This document shows, piece after piece, positions 50,275 to 62,839 of a stretch of DNA of 64,000 nucleotides. Position 1 is the stretch's first letter. Every line of letters starts with the position of its first letter. The stretch comes from Azolla caroliniana (Eukaryota; Plantae; Polypodiophyta). The stretch is taken from NCBI GenBank assembly GCA_043228905.1, contig JBHGNT010000006.1, forward strand, positions 4,774,001 to 4,838,000, written 5' to 3'. The position numbers and the translations under genes are program-made. The notes beneath the pieces are model-generated. The model searched no databases and had not been told where the DNA came from. It worked only from the letters and a program-made list of their open reading frames with translations.

Positions 50275-50515
50275 TCAGAGGTCGCCCAACTCTGAGTCGA
50301 TGGTCACCCAACCCTGTCAGAGGTCACCCAACTCTGAGTCGATGGTCACCCAACCCTATCAGAGGTCACCCAACTCTGAGTCGTTGGTCGCCCAACCAAA
50401 ATTGGTCACCCAACTATGACTGTTGCAAGTTGCCCAACCGTCTTAGGTCACCCAACCCTGACAGTTACAGGTTGCCCAACCGATTGGTCTCCCAACCGTT
50501 GCAGGTCGCCCAACC
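50275..50515. repeat. Left subterminal repeats (38-bp unit x3 plus GGTCACCCAAC motifs)
   Basis: tcagaggtc(a/g)cccaactctgagtcgatggtcacccaacc is repeated. Confidence 0.85.
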
Positions 50516-50847
50516 AAATGTATCATTCCAACCAAAATCTTCAAATAAGCTTGTTAATTACCCTTAAAACTTACAATAACATATCAAATAGTCACAAAAT
50601 TCAACCTTAAAATACTTAAAACCGACGATCTTTACCATACTTATGTTAAAACAAATAATCATATTAAAACATAAAAGTTGAAAGTTAAAAAACATTTAAA
50701 ACATAAAACGAAGAATGTAAACTTACAATAACATATCAAATAGTCACAAAATTCAACCTTAAATTACTTAAAACCGACGATCTTTACCATACTTCTGTTA
50801 AAACAAATAATCCTGGCAAAACATAAAAGTTGAAAGTTACCAAACAT

Positions 50848-53772
50848 TTATGGCTCATCCGGAGATGATGGCAAGATGCGACCACAATTCTTGCAACAAT
50901 CAACATTTGAGTCCCTTGATCTAAAGGTCAAGGCATCGCAATGCAAGCATCGCATTTTATCTGTCGCACATATTGGCAACCGCCTCCTAGCTCGACTTGC
51001 GCCTCTTTGCATTTTTCCTGTGTGTGCCTTGGAAGTGTTTGGGGAGCTGCCAATAAGATCTTGTGAAATGTTGATTGATGCTCCCCTTTTTGCACCAATT
51101 GCTTGCTTACGCCCTATGGATCCACGGTCTTCTTCGTTAGTTGGTTTCGGTGCACCTGTGTGATACACCAATGTCTCACTTGTTTCTTGAATGGACTCCA
51201 TACATGCCAAAATTGCTGCACAGTCGAGGGATTGTAACCCTTGCTTAAAACATTGAATAGCCCCCTCAAGCGTTTGTAATTTCGACAAACATTCCTCCAC
51301 TCGTGATGTTATAGGGTTTGTCTCCTCGACTGGTTCTACCTCTGTCTCCATTTCCGTCTCTGTGAAATGGTCATTGCGCATATAGGTTGCATGATCTATA
51401 AAAGGCAATGACCCACATAGATGTGGCATGTGCCTCTCAATAATCATCCTGATGCCAAGTATATGCTTACATTTACTCGCAGGGCCGTGGCAATCACAAT
51501 ATGAACATTGGAGCGATACATTATACCATACATCCGGTTTTGTCAAGCTCAATATTTTAAACCAATATCGAGGCTCGTCCACAATATGCATTGTCGCATT
51601 ATTAGTTTCATACCTCTCTAGTAGCCTTTCGGCCTCTTTAAGTCTAGTTGTTTGATCCCTACAATTTGCACGTGGTGCAAATCTACCACTCTCACATATT
51701 TCTTGTCGTTGCTTGTACCATTCAATAACAGTACCCCCGATGCAAGTGCCAGTTTGACTGTCCCCGATTAAAACATGCACAAGATTGGTAATTGATCGGT
51801 TTATCCTCCCTCTTAAGGCAGTATATTTGATAAACTGCCAATGTCTCTCCACAAGATTGGTAGTGTCAACATGTCCGTAGTTGAACATTCTACCAAATTT
51901 GGGCCACAGTTTCCTCCACACACATGTCAAGCCACACCATCCTCCTTCTATATATTGCCAAACACCTGGCTTGTTTGCATATTCTACCTTTAAGTCCTCA
52001 CATTGGGCATTGAATGTGGATTCCGTAATGCATTGCATGAGTTGGCACATCCGATTATAAAGGTGGTTTCTCTCACTTGCACTTACCTTTGGCAACAAGT
52101 TGTCCAACCATGCTTTTTTTGCATGGAAGTGACACAACAAAAGTCGACAATGTGTTTGCGACCTTTGCCCATTTGTAACTATCCAAGATAATCGGTCTGT
52201 TGCAACCACATTACTTATGGCATTATACGATGTCCAACTTTTATCGATGACTATGGCATTTGGCCTCACATTGGGCATCCGTGCAAATATGACTCTCAAG
52301 CAAGTTTCTAAAGCTACTTGCTCATGGTTAGACCCCTTATCAGAACTACATATCATGTACCATAATGGGATACCAACTCCCATGGCATTTGGAGCCACAG
52401 CTGCATATAATGGCAAGCCAAATTGGTTTGTTTTAAACGTGGAGTCGATTGCCCAAGAGTTGTTTATCGACAGTCGCTCACACATCTCTAACATCCATTC
52501 ATCTTGGAGCACCAAGATGAACGGTTGCCTTGCGGGAGATCCATATTCACCAGGCAAGTAGGGTTGGACATGAGCCACCTTCCCAAGATCTCGGAGGGCA
52601 TAGGCATCTTGCATCATCAAAGACCAATCAACCCCTGACATGGCACTCCCGATTTTTAACTTGTTGGCCATGTTATTGACCTCCTTTGGTATCATAAAGA
52701 ACCTATAACTCACAAGGTCTAATGGACTAGCCTTGGACTTATGATATGCTTCCTTACGCATGCTCATCCGTGCCACGTGTCGTGCGCAACCAACATCAAA
52801 AAGGTCATCTCTACAACAACTTATAACATTTGGGGCCACTGGCAAATAGTATGCATCTGGTCTACTTCCCGGAACATGACCCGTATGAGGTCCATATATT
52901 GAAAGGGTCACTGTCCCATGGTCAACCCCGCCATTCATTCGAGCGTTCACATGAAAAGTACACCCACATCGAGATGAATGCTTTCTACGTCGAGTGCATG
53001 GATATTGCTTGTTGGCCACACCGGATCGGTGACAATTATACCTAGTCACATGTGCACCCCTTGTGACCCCTGTACGAAAGCGTGTGTGATACCTCAATTG
53101 AACATCTATCAACGTATCATCAACCCTATGTGCCTCTATCTTGATCACTTCTATGGGTCTAGACTTTTTATATTTCACGACACTTGTCCCCTCCATGTCA
53201 GATGGAGTTAACCTCGACACAACTTGACAACCGCATTGGTCAATCACTGCTTTCACATACGCACTAGGGATCCCATAGTCACGAAGGTCATTGGACCAAT
53301 TTCTCTTTAATTCTGTCAGAGTACCTGTCAAAGAACGGTGCGATGCGCCACAATGTGACGCCAATACTATCTCCCTCCATTTCTCTACGTGCGTAATCTG
53401 AAGATGAGGCGATGCCTTAAGGTGTATTGCATTCTCATTCATAAGCGTGAGACGACTCTTCATGCGCCTCCATGCATGTAAATTAAGAGGTGCCCCCCTT
53501 GCGAGTGTGCTTAATATTTCAAATGTTACCTTAACTTGACCTAATAAATCTTTAAGCATTAAATCGTACATACCTCTAGTGAACGCAATATACCTCGCCA
53601 AACAATACATGAAGGGATCAACCTCCTCCGCCTCTTCTTCGGATGAAGCCGACTCATAGTCTTCGGATGTAGACGAATCCAAGTCATCGTCGATGGTTGC
53701 GGAGTATGGTGATGCATAACCATCCTCAGAATCATACAAGGACGTGATTAAATCTATTTCGTTGGGATTCAT
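50848..53772 (-). CDS. MULE (MuDR-type) transposase, 974 aa, uninterrupted
   Basis: WRKY/FAR1-like YNCHRSG..SSRCGCTFHV..HTGH; DDE core WAIDSTFKTNQFGLPLY..IVIDKS..LLCHFHAKKAW..DTTNLVERHW; SWIM finger CDC..CKH; C-terminal CxxC..CxxC. Confidence 0.92.
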   Translation of the reverse strand: MNPNEIDLITSLYDSEDGYASPYSATIDDDLDSSTSEDYESASSEEEAEEVDPFMYCLARYIAFTRGMYDLMLKDLLGQVKVTFEILSTLARGAPLNLHAWRRMKSRLTLMNENAIHLKASPHLQITHVEKWREIVLASHCGASHRSLTGTLTELKRNWSNDLRDYGIPSAYVKAVIDQCGCQVVSRLTPSDMEGTSVVKYKKSRPIEVIKIEAHRVDDTLIDVQLRYHTRFRTGVTRGAHVTRYNCHRSGVANKQYPCTRRRKHSSRCGCTFHVNARMNGGVDHGTVTLSIYGPHTGHVPGSRPDAYYLPVAPNVISCCRDDLFDVGCARHVARMSMRKEAYHKSKASPLDLVSYRFFMIPKEVNNMANKLKIGSAMSGVDWSLMMQDAYALRDLGKVAHVQPYLPGEYGSPARQPFILVLQDEWMLEMCERLSINNSWAIDSTFKTNQFGLPLYAAVAPNAMGVGIPLWYMICSSDKGSNHEQVALETCLRVIFARMPNVRPNAIVIDKSWTSYNAISNVVATDRLSWIVTNGQRSQTHCRLLLCHFHAKKAWLDNLLPKVSASERNHLYNRMCQLMQCITESTFNAQCEDLKVEYANKPGVWQYIEGGWCGLTCVWRKLWPKFGRMFNYGHVDTTNLVERHWQFIKYTALRGRINRSITNLVHVLIGDSQTGTCIGGTVIEWYKQRQEICESGRFAPRANCRDQTTRLKEAERLLERYETNNATMHIVDEPRYWFKILSLTKPDVWYNVSLQCSYCDCHGPASKCKHILGIRMIIERHMPHLCGSLPFIDHATYMRNDHFTETEMETEVEPVEETNPITSRVEECLSKLQTLEGAIQCFKQGLQSLDCAAILACMESIQETSETLVYHTGAPKPTNEEDRGSIGRKQAIGAKRGASINISQDLIGSSPNTSKAHTGKMQRGASRARRRLPICATDKMRCLHCDALTFRSRDSNVDCCKNCGRILPSSPDEP

Positions 53773-53777
53773 CTCGA

Positions 53778-54045
53778 ATGAATCTAACTAATCTGATTAA
53801 GAATCTAACTAATCTGGTTATAAGAATCTAACTAATCTGATTATAACTGATTAAGAATCCCCCTAATATGATTAAGACTCTAACTAATCTTATTAAGAAT
53901 CTAACTAATGTGATTAAGAATCCCCCTAATCTGATTAAGAATCTAACTAATCTTATTAAGAATCTACAAAATCTGATTATAACTGATTAAGAATCTAACT
54001 AAGATGATTAAGAATCTAACTAATCTGATTAAGAATCCCCCTAAT
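53778..54045. repeat. ~21-bp minisatellite (aagaatctaactaatctgatt)n directly upstream of the transposase ATG
   Basis: About 12 degenerate copies. Confidence 0.9.
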
Positions 54046-54340
54046 CCACAATAATTGTTGGGAACAACATTTCCATTAACAAGTAATCGCGTTTACAATA
54101 CCACAACTTGCGATTGGTTTAAAACCATACATTCAGAACATCCACAATAATTGTTGGGAACAACATTTCCATTAACAAGTAATCGCGTTTACAATACCAC
54201 AACTTGCGATTGGTTTAAAACCATACATTCAGAACATCCACAATAATTGTTGGGAACAACATTTCCATTAACAAGTAATCGCGTTTACAATACCACAACT
54301 TGCGATTGGTTTAAAACCATACATTCAGATCATCCACAAT
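54044..54340. repeat. 97-bp tandem repeat x3
   Basis: atccacaataattgttgggaacaacatttcc...ccatacattcaga at 54044, 54140 and 54237. Confidence 0.92.
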
Positions 54341-54472
54341 ATTCAGATTGAGATAAATACATTCAGATTGAGATAAATAATTGTTGTAAACAACATTTCC
54401 ATTAATAAGTAATCGCGATATACAATGAGTCGATTCTCACTATACAAAATTTTTGGGGATTCCAAAATATAG

Positions 54473-56520
54473 TTACAACATCAGCTCTATAGCCAAATCT
54501 GTGCTGAAAACAACATTCCCAAAATTTACAATATGGAGCCACCGGTCGCAGGTGCAAATCCTAATACCGATCGTGCCCACTCGTCCACATGAATCCGAAG
54601 TGAATCCACTTCGCGTTTGGTGAACCACATCTTTGTGCCCTGTAACCAAATATGTATAAGAACACATCTATACACAATCCACATGAACAAGGAATTGCAA
54701 TTACACTTACAAAAGTCGAAGATATCCATCCTTGTAAGAACTCCCTCACCAACATTTGGATAGTCTTCATCACATAAAAGCCACAATCCCAACAATTTGG
54801 CTGTGTTGGGATGTGCAGTACCTGATGTCGACCATTGGGCACAATGGTGTGGTCTGACGGTTCAGATGAAATTGTCCGAATCGCCAACTCTGCCATTCTC
54901 CGCATGTTGTCTGTTGCTGGTCTGTTCAATGGATCGCAGAAGACTACTTTGCTAGTTAGCTTAGAAGCTTGTTGTCGCATGGTGAACCACAAGTTCCAAT
55001 GCCCATCAAGCACGATCGGAATGAACGTAATCTCACATTGCGCAACTTTCTTAAGGATGTCTTGCTCCTTCATTGCCTGCTGGTGTAGCTGCACCCATAG
55101 TGGGTCGACGATGGTGAAGCGTTCTGTCACCTCGAGTGGCAATGAGTATAGTCCATGTCGATGCCATTTCACGGCTCTTGCATATGGTCTCAAGATCTGA
55201 CTCGGTAACATCAAGGGCCATATCGAGACGTGGGCAAGTTAGCTGGTACCTGAATGCATGGAAATATGTAGTTTTGAGTAGGTAAATCACACTCCATGTC
55301 AATTAGTAAGATACTAGTTTATATTTCACTTAAACCCTACCTGGAAAAGTGTTTATTTGGGGTTTGAATCCATAACCTTATGCCCTTGCCATGTTGAATT
55401 TGAACTATGGCCACATCCGATGCAGCGTCATCTGAATCTGATGTTAGGGAAACAACATCAGTGTTTGACTCGACCTCCTTCCGTCGGATTGGCATTTTCG
55501 GTCGTCTCCGTCTCGGTGGAGTGGACACACCACCCTCAGATGGGTTTTGACTCTCATCCACATCCGTGGACACACCCTGCGGTTGGGTGGATATCCCCGC
55601 CTTTTTACACTGTTTCACCACAATAAGACACATCTTATTATCTGAATTTTGCCAATAAACCCTCCAACAATCTGAAATGAAATCCTCACTCATACTTACA
55701 TAAGAATCCAAACCAGCTGCTATCTTCTTCGTCAACATCTCCAAACGCTCATCCTTATTGGAGTCGTATATAGTCATCTCTTTGTCCATAAATCGTGCCA
55801 CGAACTCTGCCTGTGTGTCAAGACGGAGTTCAGCAGGAATAGAGTTGTATTTCGAAACAACCCTAACCTTCAACTTTCGGATATATTTTTGTCGATTTCT
55901 GTAGTACTTGATTTCCGGGTCCATGAATCTTTTGAGTGATCTTTGACGCTCATAACTGTTAAAGCATGCCCCCGGAATACCCTCCTCCTCCTCTATACGC
56001 ATCCCTCGTGGTAGGACTACGTCTATTGCATGTTCTCTGCGTAAATGTGACTCCATGTCACTTTTTTTCCGATACCACCTTGGCGAGAGGCGGCAAAACT
56101 CAGTGTAGATACATGCACGAGCCTTGTTCCCATTTGCATCTCTTCCAACCTTATACAACAAGTCGGGACGAGGAGCAACTGTTCCTTCTGCACCTGTGTT
56201 ACATATTTAAGATTGACATAAAGATTGGCATAAAGATTGAGATATTGCAACGACACCAAATCCACATACCATTTGGAGGAGCATCTTGGTCCATTTTGTC
56301 CCCACTCGTACACATGTCGGCTCCTCGACTTCGCCAATGTCTTCTAACGAAGACCCTTTAACAAATCACGAGTCAACATACATGCATCAAACCCTAAACC
56401 ATTCTCGGGGGAGATTGGTTCGTGACATACCTCTCTTGAGTTGGATATATATCACTGTTATCGAAATCCCACCAATCTTTGTACTTGGAGTTGGAAGTCA
56501 TCTACCACCATTCAAGTAAT
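54473..56520 (-). CDS. Spliced MULE accessory gene: C2H2-like finger plus Ulp1/C48 peptidase domain (boundaries approximate)
   Basis: CIYTEFC..WYRKKSDMESHLRREH. Protease triad FIPIVLDGHWNLW..VFCDPL..PTQPNCWDCGFYV. Putative short GT-AG introns near 56190-56268, 55614-55696 and 55249-55387. Confidence 0.75.
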
Positions 56521-57186
56521 CAAACATTTTTTGATTTTAGTACTCAAACACACAAAATATCAAGTTTAAGCAAGCAAATCATTAAAACCAACAATCAAAA
56601 TATAGATGATTAAATCAAGTTTAAGCAAGCAAATCTAGTGAACGCAAGATCATAATAAGTTTGATAGGCCTCACCTATAGTGTGGATAAGAGTGGTTACA
56701 TCCTCTTCTAGATTATGCCTTCAAGATACTGGCTGGGATTAGAGTGGCTGGAAATCAACAAAGCCTTGCCTATTAGATCCTATTATACTTCACTTATGGT
56801 TCGCTTATCTTCTTGTTTATAGTGACTCTAAACCCTAAAGCTTAAACATGTCTATGCATCAATATGGTCCATACAATCTTCTTGTCTATAGTGACTCTAA
56901 ACCCTAAAGCTTAAACATGTCTATGCATCAATATGGTCCATACAATCTTGCTTGTTTTCATTATTATTAAGAAGCGATGAATATAACATTGTGGAAGATA
57001 TAATAACAAGGAGCATACCTGGGAATAGTGATGGAGGAGATCGATTTGTGATGGAGGAGATCGATTTGTGCAGCCACAGACGATTTGTGATGGAGGAGCT
57101 CCCACCTCTTTCCCGGCAAACCCAACCTGTCAATCTCGTTTGAAAAAATGACAGATTATGACAGGTTTAGGGCTTTTATAGACATC

Positions 57187-57570
57187 CCTAAAGGAGTCTC
57201 CCAACCTGGATAAACAGGTCTCCCAACTGTTTTAAAAATCAACAGTTGGGTGACCTGCTTCTTTTATTGAGTTGGTTGGGTGACCAACTCAATATAAACT
57301 CTAAAGGAGTCTCCCAACCTGGATAAACAAGCCGCCCAACTGTTTTAAAAATCAACAGTTGGGTGACCTGCTTCTTTTATTGAGTTGGTTGGGTGACCAA
57401 CTCAATATAAACTCTAAAGGAGTCTCCCAACCTGGTTAAACAGGTCACCCAACCTATTTAAAAATAAACAGTTGGGTGACCTGCTTTTTTTTTTGAGTTG
57501 GTTGGGTGACCAAATCAACCAAAAATTTAAAAAAAAAACGGTTGGGAGACCTCTGACAGGGTTGGGCGAC
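57187..57570. repeat. Right subterminal repeats (~113-bp unit x3 rich in GTTGGGTGACC / GGTCACCCAAC)
   Basis: ctaaaggagtctcccaacctgg at ~57187, ~57301 and ~57414. Confidence 0.85.
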
Positions 57571-59569
57571 TGCCTGCGCAGCTTTTTTTTTGGCGCCTTC
57601 TTCCTCTTCCAAATCGGACGGTGCAGATCACACGCGCCTTCTCTGAGCGACCTGCACCGTCTGTGGCCGCGATTCCCTCACCAGGCCTCTTTATGATTTG
57701 TGTCATAATAGACACGTCGTTGATGTATGTATACATACATATTGATGTATGTATACATACATATATCATATGTGTGTGTGTTTTCGGGGAGGGGAGCACC
57801 TCTATTATCGTCTCAGAAATGGCCTCAGTTTGTCGATGATATGGGCCAAGGGCCAATGTCTAAGTGGCCATATGTAGTAGCATACCCCGCCCGTGTGCCC
57901 CGCCAGTTGCTATCACCCCACCTATCATAACTAATCCCTCTTGAAATGTTGGCACTGAGACCTTGACCTATCACCTGAGATAGAATATGCGCTGGAGCAA
58001 AATATATGGTTTTCTCCGTTGTCGAGGTTTCGTCGAGCATCGTTAGATTGTTGCCCCTCAATGTCTCTTCTTATTTCAAGCCATAAAAATCCCAGAAAAC
58101 ATCGTTGATCTTCCTATTCCATTACCTTGAGCATTGCACCCAAAGTCTTATACAATGAGGTGATGGTATCTCCCTCCCTCTTGTTTCATAAAAAAATAAC
58201 ACGTTGAAAGAAGTGTAATAATTTTATGATTCCACATCTTGATGGCACGATTAGTATATTCATTCTTTTGTGGCTTTGCATGCATATCCTTCGGTTTCAA
58301 TCGATTGTTGATGTGATGAAGCCTTGAGATGCTTGTCATGAGTAGGAAAATAGGGAGTCATAGTGAGCCATTTTCACTAATGATGTTGATTCATATCACT
58401 CTATTCTTTTCCACTCTAGTCATACCCCAAGTGTGAACGAATATTTATGTAAGTGGGAATTGGGGTTTCATATTTGTGCCATGTTATTAAAACATATATT
58501 TCATTTCATTTAATACAAGCAAAGATTGTCTCAATATTGGGGCAATTTATTTGATTACATAAGTGTCAATCTTGAGTAACATTGCTTTAAATGCTCCAAA
58601 AATCAGTGGATATGCAATCGTCTAAAACAAAGTCATGCAATCATCTAAAACAAAGTCATGCATCAATAACTATTGAGATTTCTCCCACCTCAACCCATTC
58701 TTTTGTTGCGAGGAAATGATGTTTTGCTCCTAATCATGTGACCAAAGCTAAAGGTTCCCAAACTCTCTCAAAGGTTACATGCAATGTACACCTTTGTCCC
58801 GAATTTCTACCCCATATGTACATAAGAAACGTTGTTACAAATGCATTTAATAGATCAATGTCAATTATTTTCATGTTTCTTCAAATCTTGCGTGCTCACA
58901 CTGTATTTCAATGGCAATAAGGTGGTTGCATATCCAAAAGAATGTTGAACAAATGAAATGTGCAATAAAGAGAAGGGAGACCTTCTTAATGTTGCCACTA
59001 TGTAAGGGATGATATCATATGTATGTCACCTTTTCCTCTCTTCATAAGAATGTTGGTTTTGGTCCTACATCTCCTTGCTCGAGTGTGTTAATCATCATCA
59101 TTTTAGTTTATATAAAATTGTCTAAGAATTGACTTTTCTCTCTTCACCTAACTAAGTGATCTTTTTGCATCTTTTACTTTCATGCAAGTGTAAAATTCCT
59201 TATTGTATAGTGTATTGGTATGCTCGAGGTCATCCTCCGTTGATGGGAAAGCTATTGAATTTTGTATGATATGTTGCCTATATTGGGATATGATTATGAT
59301 TCACAATATCAATATGTAGATAAACCATAAAACCCATAGTTGGGGCTCTACATGTGTAGTCATTTACTGGCTTGTGGTGGGAGTAGGAGTGATGGGGCAA
59401 AAGAATGTTATGATTGTTCTTTATTCATAGGCTTGTGTGGTTTTATTGTCGTCCTTCAACAACTTCTCCCAACATGTCTTCAATTCTAATAACAATCCCA
59501 AGCACCGTTAACTCTCTCTTATTCCATTACTTTTCAAAGTGGGCCAAAACATTCGTTAAAGAGGCAATG

Positions 59570-59760
59570 ATTTATCCACCTTTTTTCAATGAAAACAATA
59601 TAGTGACAATTATAGCGTTCATATATTCTACTCCTTGATGACACAATTCACATATTCTTTCTTCTAATATTGTGTGTGCATTTAAGCGTACCTCGATCTC
59701 TAACTTATGTGAAGAGATGCACAATTGCTCTATCACAGTAGAGAACACACGCAATAGATG
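59570..59760 (-). mobile_element. Short LINE 3' remnant
   Basis: Peptide QLCISSHKLEIE..EERICELC..GVE. Confidence 0.55.
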
Positions 59761-61599
59761 TGTATCTACATAATAGGGACTAATGACGAAATTGTTAAAT
59801 TATAATGTACGTGTATGGTAATGGCTACACACGTCTATGTTATCACAACCTTTAGTATTGGCTATTTATATAAATAGCCAAAAGGGTTAAATTAACCCTA
59901 AGTTGTAAAATCAAAATATTGTGAGTAGAATGCATTTCTTTTGTGAAACATTATTAGAACATATCGGATATTGCTTTATTACTTGCTCTATTTCAAGGTA
60001 TGTTTAGATGCATACTTCTACTATGTGGGCTTCTATAACTAGGGTTATTACCCTCCTCGCTCATAGCGAGCCTTCTCACAAGTCGACATTGGTTTCCCAC
60101 CATTGTAGTTGTGAATAAATTTTGAGTTTTTGAGGTATCGGGGCCCGGTTAGGCATGCAGAATGCCTTCGAATTTGAGACGCAAATGCATCTGAAGGTGT
60201 ACAAAGTCTCGATTGGGAGATCTCAAGGTTCGACTTTTGAGTTATCGGGTGCCAGTTTTCCTTCTCGTAATTAATCGAACTGTGTTTGTGTGTGTGTTCA
60301 CACGCATGACCGATGATGTGTTGTGCTGCCTCATGAGAAGCACCGTGTGAAACCTCAAAGGAGAATATACTAAAAAATCTCTTGAATATTCACCTGGATA
60401 TTCACACTTCTCTCTGTTTCTCTGCCAGTTAAGACGCAGGATGTAGGGGTTTAGGGTTTTGATCTACACAATTCGACCTCCCTGGTAAGTCCTCCTGTTG
60501 CTTATATATCTGTGTATATATAGATAGAGAGACGAATTCTGAAAGACGGTTTTTGTTGATATGTTGATGCAAGTACGATAGAGAGATTTTCCATGTGAAT
60601 GACGTACGTAAATAAGTGCATTATAAATCAACAGAAACTGGATACTTTACGTTACTAACTAGGCCTAATTTTTTTTTTTTTTTTTAATGCTTGAAACAAT
60701 TAGGAAAGTAGGGGGTGAGAAGACCATAAATTCATAGGAATTTGGTAGGAAATTTATATGATTGTGTTTTGTTTCCTTTATACATATTTGCAACGGGAAG
60801 TTCGAAAGGTTCAAAAACATTTTGGTGAAAGATTTTTTTATTTCTTCCCAAACAAGATCCATGATTTCCATGCTAATATTACGTTATACATTGCAATATT
60901 TGGCAAACCTTTGCAAATAGGACCCTTACAAAGTGAGAAACAGAATCTAACTAACTAAAGAACAGAGGAAGAAGCTCACATAAGCTTGAAATCTTATCTT
61001 AAGTTTATATATATTTTCAGATCGTAGTCCTCCAGGACTGATTGGTCAATGTCTGGTATATTGATTCCGAAGTCTTATGTGTATGTGTCAGAGCAAGTAT
61101 AGAGCACTCCCATTCATCACAGAAACCTGTAAGAGCATTCTCCCAAGCTATATTTGGGGAAACCAACCCAAGTAGATGTTTGCATTGCAGCCAAAGATTT
61201 TCTGCTGCGTCAACAATGATTTTCTACCCAGTCTCAAAACAAGCCAGAATAATCCCACATTTTCCCTAATGCATTCACATCAATGGGGATTTCTGTTGTT
61301 CCGGTCTTTGCATGCTAGGTTTGGCCTGGATTTCTGTTTCAACATCATGTAGAAGTAGTTTTCACCTTGATAATAGGATGTTTGTGGAGTATATGAGCTT
61401 GTATGTTTGTTTGCATACCGTGATTGACAAAGCCAAGAAAGACCAAACAAAAAGCCTTTGATATTCGGCCCATGAGATGTAGATCTTTGGGGGCCAATGA
61501 TTTTGTGCCTCGCCAGCATGGATAGATACATTAGAATCTGAAGTTTTTGAAAGTTGAAAGATTCAATAATTTTTTGTTTGTTTATTTTAACAAAGGAAA

Positions 61600-62210
61600 A
61601 CCAAGTGAGAAATTTTATAGGTACTTTGAAGCTCGGAGATTTGAATGATATCATTGCCCCTTTACAAGCCTGCATTGTCTCTTTGAAGGCATTTAGGATC
61701 CACCAACACAGGTTTTTGTCTCTTCTTCTTTTATCTGTTAGTTTTTTTGGGGGGAAAAACCCCTAATTTCCTGAAGCCGTAACTTTTTGTTTTGTGTTGT
61801 TACCTATTCATGCTTTTCATTTTGGAAAACCTAAAATTGGAAACACATTAAATCCTACACAACGCTAGTTTTGTTTTGGCCTTGTCAAGCCAGAGTTGCA
61901 TTAGACATGAGTATTACACGAATAACAATCAAGTTCAAAATAAGAAATAAAAAGTGCTCTAGGTAATAGGAGAGCTCATTACATCAAATTGGAATCATTA
62001 TTTAGTTGTAAATTGTTTTGGCTATGTGCTAGCTATTTCTCAATTTTGGCGAAGTAGATGGATTCTGTTATCCATCCATCCATCTCCAATTGGTTTCATG
62101 AGTATTCAAGAAAGAAGATTTCTTCTTAGACTCTTAACCCATTTTATTTGTGTCTTTGTTCCCAGCTTTCATGCACATACACAATACCGTTTCATCTAAT
62201 ATTTGTGTAT
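61600..62210 (+). pseudogene. Degenerate inverted duplicate of NAR1 exon 1 plus part of intron 1
   Basis: [22 protein letters not shown] versus NAR1 [22 protein letters not shown]. Same donor ccaacacag|gttt. Intron blocks are shared (ttatccatccatc..tccaa..aaagaagattt). Confidence 0.85.
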
Positions 62211-62839
62211 GTTTAACGTCATTCTCGTTAATGGGCAGACTGTCAGAGGGTGATAGACCCAGAACTAATTTCTTCCTTCTAAACACTCTCTACATGTTTT
62301 TTTCTCTCTATTCACTTTATTCCAATATGTATTTCATTTGTCTTCTCGCCACTACTCCTCTACTTTAACTGATTATGCTCCAAGGCATATTTATTACCTC
62401 TCATAAATGCATTTATTACAATCCTACTATCATTTTTGTATTCAAAGGAATCTGAGTCTCACTAGGAAATACAATTCCCGTTTTGGGTGTTTTTTTTCTA
62501 TTGTTGCTAGCCTTTTTGGCACCTCAGTACTGTTCTTAATAATTTTCTCATATGGCATCAGAGTGATAAGGTCTCCATAACCTCACTAATTTATTTTTTC
62601 TCCCATCTTTCTTTGAGTGGCCAACAATCTGCGTTACTTTTTGTCCAATTCCATTCTTCCCACTGTTCCAAGGAGGCTCTCCAAATAGCCATATTTAGTG
62701 CCAGTTATACTATCATTTAATGTGGAGTAGGCAGCCCTTGTGCACCTAGTCACAAAAAACTGTTTATAGCTTCCAAGGAGGGATTCCATGACTTCCGATG
62801 ACACTATTCTATTTTCCACCATCCCTCAACTTGCAAAAG

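Larger units (their letters stand above)
50134..57719 (-). mobile_element. Mutator-like element (MULE), 7.6 kb, with transposase and Ulp1-like protease gene
   Basis: ~140-bp imperfect TIRs sharing caaatcataaagagg(g/c)ctggtgagggaatcgcggccacagacggtgcaggtcgc. 10-bp direct repeat TTGATGTATG at 50124-50133 and 57720-57729; the flank is low complexity, so the ends are approximate. Confidence 0.88.

Noticed and set aside
50220-50610. Repetitive ORF (RGHPTLSRWSPNP)n
   Set aside because: Translation of the MULE subterminal repeats.
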